A stretch of 64,000 bases of DNA from Thermoplasmata archaeon (GTDB lineage: Archaea; Thermoplasmatota; DTKX01; DATEUP01): assembly GCA_041499475.1 (NCBI GenBank), contig JBGQKI010000005.1, positions 17,709 to 81,708 of the forward strand, read 5' to 3'. Positions 59,533 to 64,000 of the stretch are shown piece by piece. Numbering within the stretch: the stretch's first letter is position 1; each line of letters opens with the position of its first letter. The notes under the pieces were generated by a model. It was not told the DNA's origin and did no database searches. It was given only the letters and a program-made list of their open reading frames with translations. The position numbers were made by a program, and so were the translations under genes.

Positions 59533-60732
59533 TTACTTGTAGGGCACGAACTCCTTGCCGAGCAGTTCCTTCCCGATGATGATTCTCATGATGTGCAGCG
59601 CGCCCTCGGCGCCCACGTTGTACGACACGACGCCCCGAAGCCCCATCTCGAGCTCGTAGTCGCGGCTGTAGCCGGCCGCGCCGAACCACTGCATGACGGC
59701 GCGGTAGATGTCGAGGGCGACGGGGGGCGCGACGAGCTTGCCGATGGCGACGGTGCGCGCAAGCTCCGACTCGTTGACGGGCCGGCCGGCCGCGCGCTCG
59801 TCCTGCATCCACGCGCCCTTCAGCACTTCGAGCTTGGCCTGGTCGAGCCGCGCGTAGAGGTCGGCGAGCTCGAACTGGACGCCCTCCCATTTGCCGAGGG
59901 GCTGGCCGAACGCCCGGCGCTCGCGCAGGTAGTCGACGGCGGTGTCGATCCCGCGCTCGCCGGCGCCGATGCAGGCGGCCGAGACGAGGATGCGTGCGAC
60001 GGAGAAGCCGTCCATCGCGCAGTGGAAACCTTCGAGGAGGTCGCCGAGCGCGTGGTAGCGCGGCACTTTCACGTTGTCGTAGACGACCGTGCAGGTCGAG
60101 ATGCCCATGCGGCCCATGTTGTGGATCTTGTGGACGGAGACGCCGGGTGCCCCGGCCGGCACATAGACGAAGGCCATGCCGCGCGTGCCCTTGGACTCGT
60201 CGACCTTGGCAAGGACGAGGTGGCCTCCGCCGCGCTTGGCGGCCTCAGTGGCGCCCGAGATGAACATCTTCTCGCCCTTGATGATGAGGTGGTCGCCGTC
60301 CACGCGTGCGGTCGTCTTCATCGCGCCGAGGTCCGAGCCGCCGCCGGCCTCCGTCGTTGCGATGCCGAGGAACCATTCGCCGGTGGCCACGCGGGGCAGA
60401 ACTTCCTTTTTGCAGCGCTCGGTGCCGTACTTGGCAAGCACCGCCGACCAACCAGCGCACAGGAGGTAGTAGACCGCGGTGGCCATCGAGATGTCCCCGC
60501 GGCCGATTTCGATGGCGGCAAGGGTGGCCTGCGTGACCGTGGCGCCGGGCCCGCCGTATTCCTTCGGGATCGTGATACCGATGAGCCCAAGCGCCCCCAT
60601 CTCGCGGAGCACCTCAACCGGGATCTCGGCCTTGTCGTCGATCTCGCGCGCGCGCTTGGCAAGGACGCGCATGGCAAATTCGTTGACGCTGCGCTGGAAG
60701 AGTTGCTCCTCTGGCGTGAGGCGGAAATCCAT
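59533..60732 (-). CDS. Acyl-CoA dehydrogenase
   Basis: MDFRLTPEEQLFQRSVNEFA...GIATTEAGGGSDLGAMKTTA...KMFISGA...QWFGAAGYSRDYELEMGLRGV has the canonical ACAD layout and motifs. Confidence 0.9.
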   Translation of the reverse strand: MDFRLTPEEQLFQRSVNEFAMRVLAKRAREIDDKAEIPVEVLREMGALGLIGITIPKEYGGPGATVTQATLAAIEIGRGDISMATAVYYLLCAGWSAVLAKYGTERCKKEVLPRVATGEWFLGIATTEAGGGSDLGAMKTTARVDGDHLIIKGEKMFISGATEAAKRGGGHLVLAKVDESKGTRGMAFVYVPAGAPGVSVHKIHNMGRMGISTCTVVYDNVKVPRYHALGDLLEGFHCAMDGFSVARILVSAACIGAGERGIDTAVDYLRERRAFGQPLGKWEGVQFELADLYARLDQAKLEVLKGAWMQDERAAGRPVNESELARTVAIGKLVAPPVALDIYRAVMQWFGAAGYSRDYELEMGLRGVVSYNVGAEGALHIMRIIIGKELLGKEFVPYK

Positions 60733-60776
60733 CGTGACCGGCTCCTCGAACCGTCCGTTGCGTGAATAACCTTTGG

Positions 60777-61508
60777 TCAGAGCGGAGAGGCTTCAGGCAG
60801 GCGCAGGCGGACGAATCCGGCCTCATCGCCGTGGGCGGGGACGATTTCGAAGGCGCCGCCCGCGCGCTCGCAGAGCACGCGCACGAAAGCGAGCCCGAGG
60901 CCGGCGCCGGAAACCGACCCGGCCTGGCTGAAGCGGCGCGCGGCGTAGGTTTCCGACCCCTTGGCAAACCCCTTGCCGTTGTCCCGCAGGACGATGACGA
61001 CCGACCCGCCTTGCGATTGCGCCTCGGCGGCGACCTTGGCCTTTCCACCTGTCCGCTGGAAGCGGATGGCGTTGTCGAAGAGGTGGGTGAACGCGTTCGT
61101 CACGAACTTGCCGCCCTTGACCCGGCGCTCCCAGCCGTCGCCGGCCTTGTCGATCTCGAGGGCGGCCCCGTCGTTCAGGTCCTGCGCGCGCGCCTTGGCC
61201 TCGGCCGCCACCTTGGAGAGCGGCTCGCTTGCAAGGGCCGCGACATCGGTGGCGCACAGCTCGTTGAGTGCCTTCAGGTGCGGCGTGAAGCGCGAGGCGC
61301 GGTGGGTGAGCTGCTTGGCGGTCTGGAGGTACTTCGCTCGTGCCTCGGGAGGCTGCTTCGGGTCCATCGCGAGGTCGATGTAGGAAAGGGCGCCGTGGCA
61401 CATGTTGTTGATGTCGTGGGCGATGAGCTCGAGCATCCTGTCGGTCGAAAGCCACTCGAGGCTTTCGCGGGGCGGCGGGGGGGAAGGGGAATCTGCCATC
61501 GGCCGCAC
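60777..61508 (-). CDS. Short soluble histidine kinase (HisKA-like + HATPase, no sensor domain)
   Basis: H-box-like ELIAHDINNMCHGALSYIDLA. HATPase boxes LFDNAIRF, DNGKGF, GAGLGLAFV. It has no TM or PAS segment. Start GTG 61508 or ATG 61499. Confidence 0.7.
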   Translation of the reverse strand: MRPMADSPSPPPPRESLEWLSTDRMLELIAHDINNMCHGALSYIDLAMDPKQPPEARAKYLQTAKQLTHRASRFTPHLKALNELCATDVAALASEPLSKVAAEAKARAQDLNDGAALEIDKAGDGWERRVKGGKFVTNAFTHLFDNAIRFQRTGGKAKVAAEAQSQGGSVVIVLRDNGKGFAKGSETYAARRFSQAGSVSGAGLGLAFVRVLCERAGGAFEIVPAHGDEAGFVRLRLPEASPL

Positions 61509-61607
61509 CGATGAAACGGCGAGCCCGACGGGCGTAGATGAGCCTTTTCACCGCGCGGGCCGGTTCGATGGCGCCACCCCAATGCTTTTGGCAGGCCGGG
61601 GCACTAC

Positions 61608-62570
61608 GTGCCGGAGGGAAAGCGGTTGTTTGAAAAGATCAGCGTGATTGGTGCGGGCAATGTTGGCGCCACACTGGCCCAGCGCCTTGCCGAGAAGCAG
61701 TTCGCGCGCGAAGTGGCGATGGTCGACATCATCCCGGGCCTTCCGCAGGGCAAAGCGCTCGACATGTGGCAGTCGGGGCCGATCGAGGGGTTCGACACGC
61801 GCGTCACGGGCGCGACGGACTTTGCCCTCATCAAGGGGTCCGACCTCGTGGTGGTGACCTCGGGGGTACCGCGCCAGCCCGGCCAGTCGCGCTCCGACTT
61901 GCTCGGCGTGAACGCGAAGATCATCAAGGACGTGGCTGCGAAGGTCAAGGCGATGGCGCCAACCGCGATCGTCGTGATGGTCACGAACCCGCTCGATGTG
62001 ATGGCGTACCTGGCGCTAAAGACGACGGGGTTTCCAAAGGGGCGGCTGCTCGGGATGGCCGGCGTGCTCGACACCGCGCGCTACCGGACCTTCATCCACG
62101 AGGCCACGGGGACCTCGATGAAGGACATCACGGCCTTCGTGCTCGGCGGCCACGGCGATTCGATGGTCCCGCTGCCCTCGTACACGCAGGTCGCGGGGCG
62201 GCCACTCTCGGAGGTGCTGCCGGCGGACAAAGTCGAGGCGCTCGTCAAGCGCACGCGCGACGGGGGCGCCGAGATCGTGAAACTCCTGCAGAAGGGGTCG
62301 GCGTACTACGCGCCATCAGCGGCGGTGGCCGAGATGGTCGACGCAATCGTCAAGGACCGCAAGCGCATCCTCCCGTGCAGCGCCTACCTGGAAGGCGAAT
62401 ACGGACTCAACGGTGTTTACCTCGGCGTGCCGGCAGTGCTCGGCCGGGGCGGTGTGGAGAAGGTCGTGGAGCTCAACCTCCAGCCGGCGGAGCTCGAGGC
62501 GCTACGGCGGTCGGGCGCCGAAGTCGCCAAGGACATCGACGAACTGCGGAAGCAAGGCTTCGTGAGTTAG
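61608..62570 (+). CDS. mdh: Malate dehydrogenase (LDH-like, NAD-dependent)
   Basis: KISVIGAGNVGATLA (Rossmann). VVVTSGVPRQPGQSRSDLL (substrate Arg region). VMVTNPLD. LGGHGDSMVP (catalytic His). Start GTG 61608 or TTG 61626. Confidence 0.9.
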   Translation: MPEGKRLFEKISVIGAGNVGATLAQRLAEKQFAREVAMVDIIPGLPQGKALDMWQSGPIEGFDTRVTGATDFALIKGSDLVVVTSGVPRQPGQSRSDLLGVNAKIIKDVAAKVKAMAPTAIVVMVTNPLDVMAYLALKTTGFPKGRLLGMAGVLDTARYRTFIHEATGTSMKDITAFVLGGHGDSMVPLPSYTQVAGRPLSEVLPADKVEALVKRTRDGGAEIVKLLQKGSAYYAPSAAVAEMVDAIVKDRKRILPCSAYLEGEYGLNGVYLGVPAVLGRGGVEKVVELNLQPAELEALRRSGAEVAKDIDELRKQGFVS

Positions 62571-62594
62571 GTTGGCTTCCGGGGGGGACTTGCG

Positions 62595-62942
62595 TTGCCG
62601 CGTAAGGTCGCGATGGACCCGGTCGCGGTCGACGCCTTCGTCCAGTTCCGCGACGAGGCGTTCTACGCATCGAAGATCTTCGACTCGGAGCAGATGCGGA
62701 TCGTCGCCTTCTGTTTCAAACCGGGCCAAGAGATGGAGGAAGTGCGTGTGAAGCCCTCCGTGCTGCTCTACGCCAGTCAAGGCGAGGGCTACTTCACCGT
62801 GGGAAAGAGGGAGCACCCCGTGAAGCCCGGGCAGTTCGTGGTGGTGGCGCCCAATGAAGCGCACGGGGTGCGGGCGGGGAAGCGCGAGCCGTTTGTGGCG
62901 CTCGTGGTCATCGCGCCGAGCCCCACGGCCCTGCTTGAATGA
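62595..62942 (+). CDS. Cupin-domain protein
   Basis: ~115-aa beta-rich protein with a cupin-like spacing: PGQEMEEVRVKPSVLLYASQGEGYFTVG...VKPGQFVVVAPNEAHGV. Confidence 0.55.
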   Translation: MPRKVAMDPVAVDAFVQFRDEAFYASKIFDSEQMRIVAFCFKPGQEMEEVRVKPSVLLYASQGEGYFTVGKREHPVKPGQFVVVAPNEAHGVRAGKREPFVALVVIAPSPTALLE

Positions 62943-62952
62943 GCGGGGAGCG

Positions 62953-64000
62953 CTAGATCACGAATCGTTCGTACTCCACTTGGCGCTGCTTGGCGCTAAT
63001 CTGCGAAACCTCGAAGCGCCCACCGCCGTAGAGCTCGGCCTGCGAGCGCCCTGCGAAGAGCGATGCCGCGATTCGGCCGAGCGCGTCGGCTTTCATGATC
63101 CCAGAGCCGCTGTCGCCCGACACGACGATGCAGTCGGCGTTCTCGAAGGCGACCGGCGTGCGGTCGGAGGTCTGGTAAACGTAGTGCCCCGCCCAGGAAT
63201 TGTTCGGCGTCAGGCCGTCGAACTGGGGGAGGTACTTGCGGAGCACCTGGTGGACGCCGTACTCCCAGAAGCCGGCCTCCGGCTGCGGGTCTTCCTCGAA
63301 GGAGAACGCGCGCCCGAGGTCGTCCGAGCAGCCGATCCACGCGGCGTCCTCTGCCGTGTCGGGCTTGAGGTAGATGCCGTTCTTCGGGAAGATGAGGACG
63401 GGCAGTTGCTTCTTTCCGGCGAACGGGTAGTGGATGAGGTCGTGCACGGACGGGCTCTTGAAAGTGAAGAGCTGACGCTTGCGCGGCTGCGTGGTGGGGT
63501 CGATTCCCACGGGGTCGGTGAGTTGGCGAACCCACGCTCCGGCTGCCACGAGCGTCTTCTTGGCCCGGATCTTGCCGGCGTCGGTGACCGCTCCCGCGAC
63601 CCGCGGGTCCTGCCATGGGTAGGGCTCTCCGGGCAAGTCCATCGGGCCGCTGGCCCCCTCGAGCAGCAGCGAGCGCACTGCCGTGTTGTACAGCGTGGCG
63701 CCGCCGTGGCGCAGGAAGTCGCGCTCGTAGACTTGGGTGAGCAAGTCCGGCTCGATCTGGCCGCACTTGGCGCCAAACAGACCGAAGTCGATGTCCTTGA
63801 GCTTCAGCAGGGCCGCCTCTTCGTCGGCGCCGAACCTCGTTTTGAGCCCCGGGATGCGGGAAAGTTCGCGCTCGTCGAAGAGCTCGACCTCGATGCGGTG
63901 TTCCTTTAGGCGCGCGATGGCGTCCTTGTTCTGCTCGTAGCCGGCGGCGTCCATCAGCCACAGGTAGCCGTAGAGCTTCAGCCCGACCTCTTCGCGGCGC
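62953..64000 (-). CDS. FAD-dependent oxidoreductase (DAO family), C-terminal part; N-terminus beyond the right edge
   Basis: ...VVSGDSGSGIMKADALGRIAASL... is a DAO-family C-terminal FAD-contact region. The frame stays open upstream of the track Met (63954) to nt 64000 (..RREEVGLKLYGYLWLMD..), and no N-terminal GxGxxG is present. The gene is therefore truncated by the window. Confidence 0.7.
   Translation of the reverse strand, partial: RREEVGLKLYGYLWLMDAAGYEQNKDAIARLKEHRIEVELFDERELSRIPGLKTRFGADEEAALLKLKDIDFGLFGAKCGQIEPDLLTQVYERDFLRHGGATLYNTAVRSLLLEGASGPMDLPGEPYPWQDPRVAGAVTDAGKIRAKKTLVAAGAWVRQLTDPVGIDPTTQPRKRQLFTFKSPSVHDLIHYPFAGKKQLPVLIFPKNGIYLKPDTAEDAAWIGCSDDLGRAFSFEEDPQPEAGFWEYGVHQVLRKYLPQFDGLTPNNSWAGHYVYQTSDRTPVAFENADCIVVSGDSGSGIMKADALGRIAASLFAGRSQAELYGGGRFEVSQISAKQRQVEYERFVI

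Noticed and set aside
1-64000. Search for tRNA/rRNA genes, transposases, integrases, phage or plasmid genes, toxin-antitoxin pairs, cas genes or known defence-system signatures.
   Set aside because: No intergenic gap is long enough or carries tRNA-like GGTTCGAATC-type arms. No ORF shows DDE, tyrosine-recombinase, Cas, restriction or other defence motifs recognisable by eye. The window looks like stable chromosome rather than a mobile island.

Overview
This is a GC-rich chromosomal segment (roughly two-thirds G+C by eye) that is almost certainly archaeal. The evidence is BRE/TATA-like boxes 25-45 nt upstream of most starts, some apparently leaderless starts, a PGF-CTERM sorting signal, a Hef-type helicase and an Nre-type repair protein. 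About 54% of the 64 kb is taken by three consecutive minus-strand giant genes: 15102-21881, 22119-34790 and 35032-49908, of about 2259, 4223 and 4958 aa. All three share one architecture. It runs signal/anchor, right-handed beta-helix (CASH/NosD-like) super-modules, 3/17/27 copies of an 85-aa Ig-like repeat, a fixed stalk (3 PKD-like, 2 cadherin-like, 1 Ig-like domain), one TM helix, a linker, and a well-conserved ~430-aa cytoplasmic module that I cannot assign to any named family. This triad is the main candidate for an undescribed system. The left flank holds an edge-truncated secreted protein, a DUF3494 (ice-binding-like) PGF-CTERM surface protein, two paralogous winged-helix + zinc-ribbon proteins, and a Hef-like helicase translationally coupled to a GNAT. 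It also holds a PAS histidine kinase, an Nre / small membrane protein / SplB-like radical-SAM string, and three small polytopic membrane proteins with Met/Pro- or Pro/Gln/Tyr-rich N-termini. The right flank is ordinary energy metabolism: succinate dehydrogenase with a single large membrane anchor, a UbiA prenyltransferase, FixCX, EtfAB and acyl-CoA dehydrogenase. It ends with a short histidine kinase, malate dehydrogenase, a cupin and an edge-truncated FAD oxidoreductase. I recognised no rRNA, tRNA, CRISPR array, transposase, integrase or phage gene. Many long ORFs in the track are antisense shadows typical of high-GC DNA, and several track starts (often TTG) are over-extended. All family calls come from motif recognition by eye; no searches or computations were run.
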